DNA of 64,000 nucleotides from a cyanobacterium endosymbiont of Rhopalodia gibba (GCA_045159875.1 CP067995.1:1472001-1536000); one strand, 5' to 3'; shown: positions 10,830 to 22,016, counted from the first letter of the stretch. The notes: a model not told the origin generated them from the sequence alone. Numbers and translations: made by a program.

Positions 10830-11721
10830 CCAGGTTTTTTTATAAAACAATCATTGTGGTAAACGGCAAGGATGATTTTACAGGGTTTTCACTAAGCAAT
10901 AACCCCACTTTAATTCAAGAATTATTACGTCTAGTTTTCTTTTGTTAATCTTATATTTTTACATGGTATCGGACAAGTTCACTCTATTACTCACCTGAAT
11001 GACAATTTTTACCGCTAGACATTCTATTGACGACATTTTTCCCTACTTCCGTACAACCCAGATCAATGTGGGAATTAGCATAGTTTTCAGCTGACATCGC
11101 TGAGTCACTCATCTGCTCTAATTTCTCAAGTTGACTCCTATAGAAGTACCTGCAACGATATTTCCTGAACTATCTAGGACAACCACTCTAATAGTCTCGT
11201 CCCCGCTTATGAATACAGTTGAGCAATTAATTCCCACATCTTACTTTGAAAGTTTTTTTTACTTTTTGATCCATTCTTTAGGAGATGAAACCTTATGAGG
11301 GGATCATAAATAAAAATCTTGAGTTCTTCGTTCAATCTAACTGAATAGAGATCAGAAAGAATTTTATCACTTTAGAATTATAAAATCTGACTAATTTAAT
11401 GGTATTTTTGAGCCGAGAGACCTTGATTACACCGCTAAATGTTCGTTTAATTCTATCTATTAAGCAAGCATTTATGCGAACTAGTCTATAGAACTGAAAA
11501 ACTGATCTAGTTCCAACATTCATTAAAATAAACTTCATTTTAATGAATGTTGGCAATCTACTAATACTACATCATCTATCGTATTTTCTTATATTGTTGA
11601 ATAGTTGATAGACTGCACTAAAAATACTATGGAGAAGTTGACGAACACTTTCTAAACTTCCTTTATTTGTAAGGAAACTTACACTGCCATGAATCATTAA
11701 TTCAGGTTTAATTGCAGTCAT
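10830..11721 (-). pseudogene. iaaA: Isoaspartyl peptidase/L-asparaginase (Ntn-hydrolase) pseudogene
   Basis: Fragments MTAIKPELMIHGSVS..KGSLESVRQ, NVGTRSVFQ (NAGTGSVLQ), ETIRVVVLDSSGNIVAGTS (GTIGVVALD..G..AAGTSTGG), SDSAMSAENYA and ECLAVKIVIQVS, with multiple frameshifts and stops. The 74-aa ORF at 11332-11556 is a piece of it. Confidence 0.85.
11513..11553. repeat. Perfect inverted repeat (17-bp arms, 7-nt loop) inside the iaaA pseudogene
   Basis: ccaacattcattaaaat-aaacttc-attttaatgaatgttgg. Confidence 0.95.
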
Positions 11722-11755
11722 AAGTGAAATTATCAAGTGAGGATTACCATCCTAA

Positions 11756-11899
11756 CTAAAAAATATGCAAACGACAGCGTTTGGAACAATACTTTACATC
11801 ATCCCAACACTTAGCCCACTTTTTACGCCAGGTAAAAGGAAATCCACAAACTGGACAAATTTTTCTCGGTAAATTAGATTTTAAACGTTGACGTACCAT
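11756..11899 (-). CDS. DUF2256 family small Cys-rich protein (47 aa, missed by ORF track)
   Basis: [47 protein letters not shown], an intact frame with the family motif PFTWRKKW...W..VKYCS.RCR. Confidence 0.88.
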   Translation of the reverse strand: MVRQRLKSNLPRKICPVCGFPFTWRKKWAKCWDDVKYCSKRCRLHIF

Positions 11900-14800
11900 A
11901 AATTATGTAATTAATTGACTAATTATTATATTATAATTTTTAAGTCGAGCAATTATCAATTATTAATTATTGTGCTTCTACGACTTATCTATAATAAGAA
12001 CTTTAATTAAACGAATAATAAATTTTTATATGCTCTAAAAAATACTTTTTTCAAGAAAGACAATTACACTGACTTTACTAGTTGTTTGGTAAGTTATATT
12101 GATAATAGTATTTATCGGACTTACTCTAAATTTATTAAGTTTAAATAAAGTTAACTTAAATTTACTAAAAACTTACTTATGAGTCTTTCTAGTATTGAAG
12201 CTGTTGATGATATATAGAACTCTTAGATCAACAAAAAAATAATATTGTTTAATAAAAAATATTAGCAATAATAAAGCTGTAATCGAAGTTTTTATTAATC
12301 AATTATCATTAACAAAAGTTGTAATACTCCAAGTAATTGACTTTTTTTTTAAAAGAACTAAAATAAATTAATTATAAAAATTTTTAAAAAAGATAAAAAA
12401 ATATATTAATAATTAAAAATTAATTAGATAATTTAATTTTTAAATTATTGATTTATACTATAAATATAGCATACTAATATAGTAATAATATATTTTTTTA
12501 AATGAAAATATTTATGTTTTAAATAAAAGTTATACTAATATTTACACAGAATTTAAGCAGCATTTAATCTTGATTAAAAATCAAACTAAAAAATTATCAC
12601 TCTTTATGAAAATTTGAATCAGATATTATTTTCAGAGTCTCTTGAAAGAAGATAATTCCATCACTTTACTCATTAAATTTAAAGTAATTTAGGACGTAAA
12701 TATTAGACAATTTTTTATTCTAATGGTAATGTAACTTGTTTTATTTTTAATTTCCATACACTTACCTGTCTTTTAGAAAAAGAAACTCACGATTATATTT
12801 TTTCCCTGAAATTAAAATCACAATAAACGATTGTTTAGTTAAATATATTTAAGCTTATTTTAATTACAGGTACTGTTTTATTTTGGAATAAAAAAATTAT
12901 GTTTTATGGGCTATTTAAATAAAATTTATAATGCTATACAATAAAAATTATTCTGTAAAATTTGTGTAAACTAATATGATATTTATGTCAATATCCCTGT
13001 AATATAATTTTAGTTTTTATGAAAAAATTACGTCCACTATCTTAGATCAATAAGAAAATATTTAATTATCTATATTGATACTATAGCAGTTATATATTCA
13101 GAAAATATGTACCACTTTATTAGTCAAGCTATTAGAATAGTTGCTCTACTTAAAGTTAATATTAATACTTTTAAAAATATCTAAAAAATATCAAATTGAT
13201 AGTTTACTGCGATATATAGTGCAATTCATACAAAGAAAATTTAGTATAGTATTTCAACTTATTTGTCAAATAAATTGGAATGTTATATTTATAACAGTTA
13301 ATTTCATGGACAAAAAATATTAGACTTTAAATAATTTAAAAGCTAATTTAAAACTACTGTCTTAAAGAATCTAAATGATTTAAATAGACTAGTTGCTTTA
13401 GATATCTTTTTAGTTATCATAGAACTAATTGCAATTTTAACTTACCAAGATTAATATAGTAAAATTAACTAAAAAAAATTTTTTTAAATAAAAAATCAAT
13501 AATCTCAGGTATTTTTTGTTGAGCAGCAAAAAGAATTGCCTCGTATCTCTTTCTCAAGAAAATATATCTTTATCAAAATATTCTAGCTTTAGAAATATAT
13601 TTTGTTAAACTATTAACAATAACAGCAAGTTTTTAAAAAATATGAATCATTATATTTTTTTATCCTTGATATCTACAGGATGTTATAAGATGACTAGAAT
13701 TGGCAAATATTAGATATAAATTATGATTACTCTAAAAAAATTACTTTCATTAAAATGATTGTAATTTTTTTTATTAATTAATAACTATTTTTAGTTGAAC
13801 TTAAAACAGTTTTTATAATTGTTACTTTAGTATTCAATATTATAGCTATAAATTAATTTTTAGCGAACAATAAGATGGGTATTTTTTTTATATTTTTTAT
13901 CATAAAAAAATAAATTTTTAATTAATTAATTCGTTTAATTTATTTAAGTTAAACTTATTTAAAAAATTATTTTACAATCAAATAATTAGTAGTTATTTGA
14001 TGTTAAAAAAATCAAATAAAAATTTAATTTTATAAAAATTTTGTAGTTTATCTAGAACCATAAATTATATTTATAATACTGAAAAATAATTTAATCAATT
14101 GAATTGTAAAGACTCAGATAAAAATAACCAATTATAACACAGTCATTAAATTTATATATAGTTATTTTTATCTAAAAAAAATAATAAATAATAAAGATAG
14201 AATAAAATAAAAAAGGATATATTCAGGTAACTATCATAGCAAAATTATTTAAATAATAACGATTTTGTTATAAATGTAAGTAAAAAAATGCTATCTAAAA
14301 TAGGTTTATTAATCTAAGATATTTTTTGATAAATACTAAACGTTAAATTAGAAAAACTTTAAAATTGCGATAGGTAGTTTATAGATTCAAATTCCAACAT
14401 TATTTTTGCCGAAAACCATGCATAATTATTGCCTACAAAATAAAGATTTATTGTTATTTAGGATCTAAATATAAAAAAAAATTAACCTAAATAACTTTTT
14501 TGGAGAAAAATAAAAAAACATAAGTACTCCACGATTTCATCAAGAAACTTGTTATTTTTTGCTCTTCTTTTTTTTAAAAGAAAATAGTTGATTAGCCCAC
14601 ATGATATTGGAATGATTACTTAAACACATAAAATAATAACAAATGAGTAAGGAATTAAGGAAACTTGATCTAGTAAACAAATAAAGCAAATAGTAGTTAA
14701 TGATCGCTTTATAGTTAATAAATAGTTTTTATAAAATCATTTATAAACCAAGTAAAAAATTATATTTTAAAGAATTTTAAGGAGTAGTTTTTAAAATAAA

Positions 14801-15136
14801 AAACTTAGGTTTTAGTATGATTTTTATTTTAAAAAAATAAAAATAAGATACAATTAAATTAAAAATATTAATAAACTAATTAAAGATTAGAAAAAAAACA
14901 TTAACTATTCTAGAAGAAAAAATAACGAGTAATTTGCTATAAATTAAACTTTCTGTCTAATAAAATAGAATTTAAAATGATATAAACTATTTTCTAGATA
15001 AGTAGGATATCTTTTCTGCAAGAGTGATTTGAGCAAAAAAATATAATTGCGTAGCTCAAGTTATAAAAAATTGATGAAAAGTTGATATAAAATTATAAGA
15101 AAATGTGTTCTTAACTAGCCTCTTTAAAAAAATCAA

Positions 15137-15343
15137 ATGCTTAAACTAATCTCGTTTACTATATTGGTTGTTTATTTCACTGGTATCTGGAAGTTCATCA
15201 AAGATGATAACCAGACTAACTTTAGTCGTCAATTACTTAGGAAGTGAATCTTGAGTTTATTAGGGAAAGTTTTAGTTATCTTTAATCTTTCCTATTGTCA
15301 TAATTTTCAAAAAGCTTTGAAAAAAGACAATAAGTATTGTTAA
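15137..15343 (+). pseudogene. Small conserved cyanobacterial membrane protein with one in-frame TGA
   Basis: MLKLISFTILVVYFTGIWKFIKDDNQTNFSRQLLRK*ILSLLGKVLVIFNLSYCHNFQKALKK. Resembles the cyanobacterial hypothetical family Y..G.WKF..GF..TNF...LWP......SYR.NF.KAL. Stop at 15245-15247. Confidence 0.6.
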
Positions 15344-15367
15344 TTATTAACTATGTAATTATTTACT

Positions 15368-16126
15368 ATGAGAAAAATTTGGTTAATTGGAGGGACAAGA
15401 GATAGTGTCACAATTGCTGAATCTATCGTTTCAGAACGACTGACCTGTCTCGTTACTGTAGCTACAGAAAATATCCAAATTTCCTACCCTATGAGTCCCT
15501 ATTTAACTATCAAAACAGGTACTTTAAATCCAGAGAAAATTCGACTCTTATGTCAACAAGAAAAGATTATCGCTATTGTAGATGCTTCTCATCCTTATGC
15601 AGTGCAAATTTCTCGGCAGGCAATCACTGTTTCCCAAGAAGATTATATACCCTATCTTCGCTATGAACGAGCATCCCTTCCTTCCTCTCCTGAAATCATT
15701 ACTCTCGATAATTTTGATACCTTGATTAAGGGTAATTATCTTCAAGGGAAAAGAACTTTGTTAACTGTTGGTTATAAAACATTACCTTTGTTTAAAATTT
15801 GGCAAAATCACGCTGTTTTGTTTGCTCGTGTTCTTCCTAAAATAGAATCATTGGAAATGGCTATAAAAGCAGGCTTTAGCGGTGATCGCTTAATTGCCTT
15901 GCGGCCTCCTATTAGTGCAGAATTAGAACAAGCATTATGGCGACAATGGAATATTTCTTTAGTTGTTACTAAAGCATCGGGAAAAGAGGGAGGAGAGTCA
16001 ATAAAAAGGTTAGTAGCCACTGAATTAGGAGTAAAAATAATTATTATTAAACGCCCCTTAGTTAACTATCCTCAACAAACAGACCAATTATCAGATATTA
16101 TCAAATTTTGTTATCAATATTTTTAG
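15368..16126 (+). CDS. cobK: Precorrin-6A/cobalt-precorrin-6A reductase
   Basis: IWLIGGT, VDASHPYA..IS, PYLRYER, LLTVG and VVTKASG..GG. Confidence 0.92.
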   Translation: MRKIWLIGGTRDSVTIAESIVSERLTCLVTVATENIQISYPMSPYLTIKTGTLNPEKIRLLCQQEKIIAIVDASHPYAVQISRQAITVSQEDYIPYLRYERASLPSSPEIITLDNFDTLIKGNYLQGKRTLLTVGYKTLPLFKIWQNHAVLFARVLPKIESLEMAIKAGFSGDRLIALRPPISAELEQALWRQWNISLVVTKASGKEGGESIKRLVATELGVKIIIIKRPLVNYPQQTDQLSDIIKFCYQYF

Positions 16127-16627
16127 GCTTTACTTCTGTTTAAAACTATCAATAAATTTATTAATAGAAATATATTTAGTAATTATAAAAATACTGCTAT
16201 ATATATAAAATTTTGAGCTAACAGAAATAAATATATCGATTTAAGTTAAAAAATAAATAATTATAGTTGTTTGTTACTTGTTATGGTTATATATAAAAAT
16301 ATCAAAGTTTTTATTATATACTGATTGACTGTTTTAAAAACAGTCAATTTTAAATTAATAATTAGATTTGTACAATCTCAGAAGCTTTTTGAAGAAACCC
16401 TCAAAAAAAGTGTAAAAAAATATTGAGCAGAAGAAAAAAGAATCAGAGCAAAACGTTAAAATAACAGTGGAATAGACTAGAGATAATAAATACGGGAATT
16501 ACAGTCTTCTAGAATAGATAAGATACTCGTAATAACTCCATATTTTATAGCTTATTATTTTTTAATAAATCTGTAACAGAAACTCCAAAGTTTTTCCTAG
16601 TGAGAAAATTTGAGGTTTAAAGAAAAG

Positions 16628-17624
16628 ATAACCTGATATAGTACTAGTCCACTAATCTCCCTTAGTAGTGGGATCGTGTGCTACATCAATTAAAGAGATT
16701 GATAACTTAAAACGTAGGGAAGAAAAGGGTGCTGCTGGGATTGTTTTATACTCATTTTTTTAGGAAAAATTATGGTAAGAACTCCTAAAATTTTATGATC
16801 ATCTTACTCACGGTACGATAAGCTTTCTAGAAACGTTAACCTACTTCTCTAAATTAGAAATTTTGTATGTTAACACACATAACTCAATCATATCTGTCAA
16901 GTCAAAGAAATGGTAAAAATTTTTCATCATTGCTATTCCTAATAAATCTACCCTTGGTGGTTGCTTAGATTATGCCAAACAAATTCAACAGGCGCGGACT
17001 GATGTATTAGAATTCGATATCTATTAAGTTTCCACTGATCTAGATATTTTTAGCTATAAAAATAGAACATAATTACCTCGAAATTCTGCTAAATATGCAA
17101 GTAGAAATTAGCATCTTTGTAGTTATTTAAATTGATCTTTATTTCAATAATATGGCTAATATAGTTAAACTACCAGCTTAAGCAGGAGCCGAGACTTGTA
17201 TTGTTTAGTCGCTTTTATCAACTAAATATTAATCCAGAAAACCTAAAAATCTATCCTAAATATATTGTTGAGTATCCTCAGTCCGTACTTCTGCTTATGC
17301 TTTGGATTGCTATTGTCTATTATCATATTGATGCGAACTTAGCCACGACTAGTAGCATTCGTAACACTATAAATTTGCTAAAAGTAGTAATTGCTGGGGC
17401 TAAAATTACTCAAATAGTTGGTGCCTTATTCCGTCATGGGATTAAATATATCAGTACCGTAGAAGAAGGAATATACAAGTTGGATGGGAGAACACAAGGA
17501 TGAGTCCATCCACAAAATGTAAGGAAGTCTCAGTTAATTTTATTGTCCTGACTCTACAGCCTTTGAACAAACTGAGTATATGAAAGCACTACAAACCTAT
17601 GTTCTTGTTTGGCCGAGGCATTGA
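16628..17624 (+). pseudogene. Dihydroorotate dehydrogenase-like protein pseudogene
   Basis: Fragments SPLVVGSCATSIKEIDNLKRREEKGAAGIVLYSFF*E, HLTHGTISFLETLTYF, LFSRFYQ..I, AGAKITQIVGALFRHG and STAFEQTEYMKALQTY, with many stops and frameshifts. ORF 17201-17503 is a fragment. Confidence 0.82.
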
Positions 17625-18330
17625 TAGTTGACTCCAATGCTTTGGAAACAAAACTGGTTAGACTTTTCTCCAATACGAGGGACTGTTCCGAATCGAATAC
17701 AGTCATTTTGGTAGTTGTTAACATGTTTCAACTTAGAAAAAAAATAGAGTTGTGATTCTCAAAAGATAGAGAATATTAGGGTTATGGGATGATGGTAGTG
17801 TCGATACCATCTGCGGTTTAGTCTAGGAGAGAAACTAGAATATTATTTCTATTCCTAAGACTATTGGTAATAGTATTCTTTTTGCCTAATTATTTATTAA
17901 GTTTATCACTACTTACTGTTGAGATTGTTATCTGATAATTATATAATTCAACATTTACTGCCACCAGTGATTAATGAATGATGTTAGTGCAAGGTATGAG
18001 ATGTTGGGCATTTGTACCTTCATAAAGAAATTGGAAGAGTGCTGATATTATTTTTGAATTAACGCTCTGTTTAATTTCGAACATCATCAATGGTTGTTGT
18101 TACCAAGCAGCCTATATTTCAATTCTCTGTCCGTCAATTTATCTTAGTTATCATTACTGAAAAGGTAAAAAACTAACAGTAATAGAAAAAAAGTATATTG
18201 GAGACTATCTAACTCAATAGATTATCAAAAAAATACACTTCTTGTGTAAAAAAAAGGAATAATGTTTTGCCAGCCTATCTATGTTTATCTGCGAGTGAGT
18301 ATGTTAGAAAAGTCCTAATGTATCCTGTTG
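17625..18330 (-). pseudogene. Probable decayed gene of unidentified family
   Basis: Higher GC than the deserts, with protein-like stretches on the minus strand (QQPLMMFEIKQSVNSKIISALFQFLYEGTNAQHLIP; LYSIRNSPSYWRKV*PVLFPKHW) broken by stops. Family not recognised. Confidence 0.35.
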
Positions 18331-18360
18331 AGTTCCAGATGTTTATGGTAAAAACGGCGC

Positions 18361-18412
18361 AATCACCAGGCTAAAGTCCTAGTGATTGGCAAGTGCTAAA
18401 GCCCCAGTGATA
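18361..18412. repeat. REP-like / IS200-IS605-end-like hairpin with partial tandem copy
   Basis: aatcaccagggc-taaa-gtcctagtgatt hairpin followed by a second gctaaagccccagtgat. Confidence 0.5.
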
Positions 18413-18475
18413 TTCTTCTTGACGATAAAATATTCCCCTTACTTTATCCTCTGCTCAAATTCTTTGCAAAAAAAC

Positions 18476-18505
18476 TTGATCTCATAGAACATTTTGTCCT
18501 ATAAT
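18476..18505 (+). promoter_or_regulatory. Sigma70-type promoter of tRNA-Ser(GGA)
   Basis: TTGATC-N18-TATAAT, ending about 20 nt upstream of the tRNA. Confidence 0.55.
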
Positions 18506-18524
18506 AATAGTTCGTGAACCACCT

Positions 18525-18611
18525 GGAGAGGTGGCCGAGTGGTTGAAGGCGCAGCACTGGAAATGCTGTTTAAGGGTAACTTTAACGAGGGTTCGAATCC
18601 CTCCCTCTCCG
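18525..18611 (+). tRNA. trnS: tRNA-Ser(GGA)
   Basis: ggagaggtggccgagtggttgaaggcg; anticodon arm cagca-ctGGAaa-tgctg; long variable arm; ggttcgaatcc; ctctccg. CCA not encoded. Confidence 0.97.
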
Positions 18612-18752
18612 TACATAGAGCTAGTTAAAAATTAAAAGTTAACTATAATTGTTATCTGAATTGCGATTGTGCTGCGCGGGCAGTAGTTGGACCCGGTCGT
18701 TTTCTAAACTCCAATTGCTGTCAGATTGAGTTAGGATGGGATTATAGTATTT

Positions 18753-19010
18753 ATGACTTTATCACTTCATAACTAAAAACTCTTTACGATACGATTAGGA
18801 TTTTATCCTTTGGGTTAAAAAAACGATTGAACAATTAAAATCTGGCAATTTATTCCAAGTTGCTCCAAAAAGTTTAATTAAAGATGTCGGATTTTTAAGA
18901 AAGAGTCGATGCATAGCAGTAAGAAGTTATTCACTAAGTAGATTAACCTAAAAAAGTGGTTAAAAAAGAGAAACAGCTGGATACCAATTCAGTCTAAAAT
19001 CGAGTCAATA
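18753..19010 (+). pseudogene. DUF29 family pseudogene
   Basis: KTLYDT then DFILWVKKTIEQLKSGNLFQVAPKSLIKDVGFLRKS, matching DUF29 LYE.DF..W.......LK.G....D.ENLIEEI..LGRS. Frameshifted. Confidence 0.65.
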
Positions 19011-19184
19011 TAAAATTTATACAAAAGAACTGGAAAACATCACATTATATAGCTTTATTGATGTTTTTTTTCGAATGTCTGTTTTTTTTCTAAAAATGTC
19101 AGTAGGCTATTAAATAAATAAGGAATTTTAAAACTCTTAAAAATTTGTGTAATAAAAGAAACTCTATTTATTATCTTTCGATAA

Positions 19185-19424
19185 TTACCAAACAGGATCA
19201 GAATAGACATAAATATTTAAAAAATCACTTCCAGAAGGAATTACTCTAATACAGGAACAAACAGGGTTTCCTTCACCTAATTCCACTTCACAAGCATGAC
19301 AAGAACCCATTAAACATCCTGTCGGAATAAACACCTCTGCCCTTTGTGCTACCTCTAATATGAGTTCACCGGGCTGGGCTTCAATAGTGATTTTATCAGG
19401 GAGAAATTGTACTTTAACTGTCAT
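19185..19424 (-). CDS. 2Fe-2S ferredoxin-like protein
   Basis: IPTGCLMGSCHACEV...VCSCI motif. Confidence 0.85.
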   Translation of the reverse strand: MTVKVQFLPDKITIEAQPGELILEVAQRAEVFIPTGCLMGSCHACEVELGEGNPVCSCIRVIPSGSDFLNIYVYSDPVW

Positions 19425-19459
19425 AGTTTTTTAAAACTTTAAAATAAACAATCTATTAG

Positions 19460-20944
19460 CTAATTCAATATAGGTTTTATATCAACAAATTCCTCCACTA
19501 AATCAGCTAATATATCAAGGTGGGCATCACGTTGTTCGCAGTAATTACTAATTGCTGTAGGTAGAGGAGATAAACCCCTACGTTGACATAAAAAATTTAA
19601 CCAAGTCCGTCGCCAGACCCCATTATTAAATAGTTCGTGTAAATAACACCCCCAAACAGAATAAGTATCGTTAACAACTCCTAAACTAGAATCATCAAAT
19701 AAAGAATACAAAGTGGTAGCTTCTCTTGTTTCTGGGAATTTAATTAAACAAGTAATTCCTTGGTGAATTTCATACCCTGTTACCATTAAACCAGATTCGG
19801 GATAATTAGATATTACTTGTCGTTGACGGGAAATTTTTTTAGGGGTAATAACTGTTTCCATCGGAAGTAAATCTAAACCTAAACAGAAATCTTGATTGCC
19901 CTCTAATTGTTCAGGATCAAATATCTGTTTTCCTAACATTTGAAACCCACCACAAATTCCAATAACAATCCCTCCCAACTTGATATAATCTAGGATTTTT
20001 TTTGCCATTCCACTTTTATGAAGTTCAATTAAATCAGCGATAGTAGTTTTAGAGCCTGGAATAATTACCGCGTCAGGATAGTTCAAGGAGTCTTGTAGAT
20101 TAAGATATTTTAAATTAACTGTTGGTTCCGCATCTAGAGGATCGAAATCTGTAAAATTCGCAATACGAGGTAAGCGAAGAACATTAATGGTTAACTTCCC
20201 TTTACTATTGAATGACTGCCGATCTAATAAATTCAAAGAATCTTCTGAAGGAAACACAACATCACGCCAGGGAATAACTCCCAAGACAGGAATTCCAGTG
20301 TAATTTTCTAACCAATCAATCCCTGAATCTAATAATGATCGCTGTCCCCGAAACTTATTAATAATAATACCCTTAATTAATGCCCTTTCTTCAGGTTCAA
20401 GAAGTTGTAAGGTTCCTACCACATGGGCAAATGCTCCTCCGCGATCAATATCAACCACCAAAATGGTTGCTGCGTTTAAATAGCGGGCAACTCGCATATT
20501 CGTTAAATCCCGGTGTTTGAGATTTATTTCAGCAGGACTTCCAGCACCTTCACAGACAATCACGTCATATCTTGTTTTTAGACGTTCAAGACAAGACGTA
20601 ATAGTATTCCATCCTTTATCAAAATACTTTTCGTAATATTCAGCCGCATGGGTTGTTCCTATCATTTTCCCCTTGATAATGATTTGGGAAATCATATTGC
20701 CTTGGGGTTTCAGTAAAATAGGATTCATTTCAACTGTAGGGGTTATTCTAGCTGCCCACGCTTGTACAGCTTGGGCATGCCCGATTTCCCCCCCATCAGG
20801 AGTAATATAGGCATTCAATGCCATATTTTGTCCTTTAAATGGGGTAACACGCCATCCTTGACGAACTAAAATTCGACAAATAGCTGCAGTAAGAAAAGAT
20901 TTTCCAGCGTGAGACGTTGTTCCTACCACCATGATAGAGTTCAT
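19460..20944 (-). CDS. cobQ: Cobyric acid synthase
   Basis: GTTSHAGKS, PFKGQNMALN, EGAGSPAEINL, IANFTDFDPL, GICGGFQMLG and GYEIH. Confidence 0.96.
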   Translation of the reverse strand: MNSIMVVGTTSHAGKSFLTAAICRILVRQGWRVTPFKGQNMALNAYITPDGGEIGHAQAVQAWAARITPTVEMNPILLKPQGNMISQIIIKGKMIGTTHAAEYYEKYFDKGWNTITSCLERLKTRYDVIVCEGAGSPAEINLKHRDLTNMRVARYLNAATILVVDIDRGGAFAHVVGTLQLLEPEERALIKGIIINKFRGQRSLLDSGIDWLENYTGIPVLGVIPWRDVVFPSEDSLNLLDRQSFNSKGKLTINVLRLPRIANFTDFDPLDAEPTVNLKYLNLQDSLNYPDAVIIPGSKTTIADLIELHKSGMAKKILDYIKLGGIVIGICGGFQMLGKQIFDPEQLEGNQDFCLGLDLLPMETVITPKKISRQRQVISNYPESGLMVTGYEIHQGITCLIKFPETREATTLYSLFDDSSLGVVNDTYSVWGCYLHELFNNGVWRRTWLNFLCQRRGLSPLPTAISNYCEQRDAHLDILADLVEEFVDIKPILN

Positions 20945-21011
20945 AAATAAGTTGAACCTATATTAAGGACATAAGACTTGTGCTCAGCTACGCCCATGAC
21001 TTTTTGTATCT

Positions 21012-21431
21012 TTAAAATAAGAAAAAACGAAACCAACGGGTTAAGATATTTACGATACAATCCCACCACAAAGCTTGAGACGCTTGTTTTCCTTCACTTT
21101 CCCACTTAGCGATAATTTTTCGTCCTAAGGGGGTTAAACGAAAACTATCAGTAATCCCTTGTCCATCAACTTCCCGTCGTAGAACACCCACAGTAATTAA
21201 CCAGATTAAGTCTCTTTCTGTTTTTTGTTCTGAAAGAAATTTTTGAGTATATCTTTTTTCAACACCGGTGTATCGAGCAATTTTAGATAGAGGAACACTA
21301 TTCTTCCTCATTGCAACAAATAAAGATAACTTAAACGAAGTGCAACATAAGGCACGTTCAGCCCTTTTTAGAGTCTTGTTAGAATACTTGAGGTCTGAGG
21401 GAGTCAGGAGTTGAGTTGAAGAAGCAGTCAT
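21012..21431 (-). CDS. Npun_F0494 family protein
   Basis: WLI.VGVLRREVDGQGITDSFRLTPLGR motif. Confidence 0.8.
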   Translation of the reverse strand: MTASSTQLLTPSDLKYSNKTLKRAERALCCTSFKLSLFVAMRKNSVPLSKIARYTGVEKRYTQKFLSEQKTERDLIWLITVGVLRREVDGQGITDSFRLTPLGRKIIAKWESEGKQASQALWWDCIVNILTRWFRFFLF

Positions 21432-21541
21432 AAAGATTTTTTTGGAAAAAGTCCAACGTCTTTATTATTAAGGGTGTTCAAGGAACATGTAAAACCTTAT
21501 GATCGAAACTAACAAACTTTCAATCTAAGGACTTAGGAACT

Positions 21542-21976
21542 ATGGTTTTATCTGTTGGAACTATTGCACCAGACTTTACTACTACAGATGATGAGGGCAA
21601 AACTGTTTCCTTATCCGATTTTAAAGGCAAAGTCATTGTTATGTATTTTTATCCCAAAGATGATACCCCTGGTTGTACCAAAGAAGCTCAAAGTTTCCGT
21701 GATAATTACGATCAGTATCAGGGTAAAGAAATAGTTGTCTTTGGAGTTAGTATGGACGGACAAGCCTCCCACCGTAAATTTAAGGAGAAGTATGGCTTAC
21801 CCTTTCAACTCCTTGTTGATACTGATGGAGAGATCACTAAGGACTACGATGTAGACGGCGGTGGTCATTCTAAGCGTGTTACCTACATTATAGGTGCTGA
21901 AGGCAAAATTAACTATGTAGATGAAAAGGTTAAAACTGACAGTCACGCCCAAGATATTTTGGCAGCATTAGGATAA
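21542..21976 (+). CDS. bcp: Peroxiredoxin, BCP/PrxQ type
   Basis: YFYPKDDTPGCTKEA motif. Confidence 0.92.
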   Translation: MVLSVGTIAPDFTTTDDEGKTVSLSDFKGKVIVMYFYPKDDTPGCTKEAQSFRDNYDQYQGKEIVVFGVSMDGQASHRKFKEKYGLPFQLLVDTDGEITKDYDVDGGGHSKRVTYIIGAEGKINYVDEKVKTDSHAQDILAALG

Positions 21977-21987
21977 TAAGTGAACTA

Positions 21988-22016
21988 TTTTCAGGTGGGT
22001 ATAGCCCACCTGAAAA
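21988..22016. terminator. Bidirectional intrinsic terminator
   Basis: ttttcaggtggg-tatag-cccacctgaaaa between the convergent prxQ and tRNA-Ser(CGA). Confidence 0.8.

Noticed and set aside
13141..13323. 60-aa ORF in the AT desert
   Set aside because: TTG start and I/K/L/F-rich composition expected by chance in very AT-rich DNA.
15245..15247. TGA recoding (alternative genetic code)
   Set aside because: Intact genes use TGG for Trp and TGA as a true stop (e.g. hupW, recJ); pseudogenes contain all three stop types.
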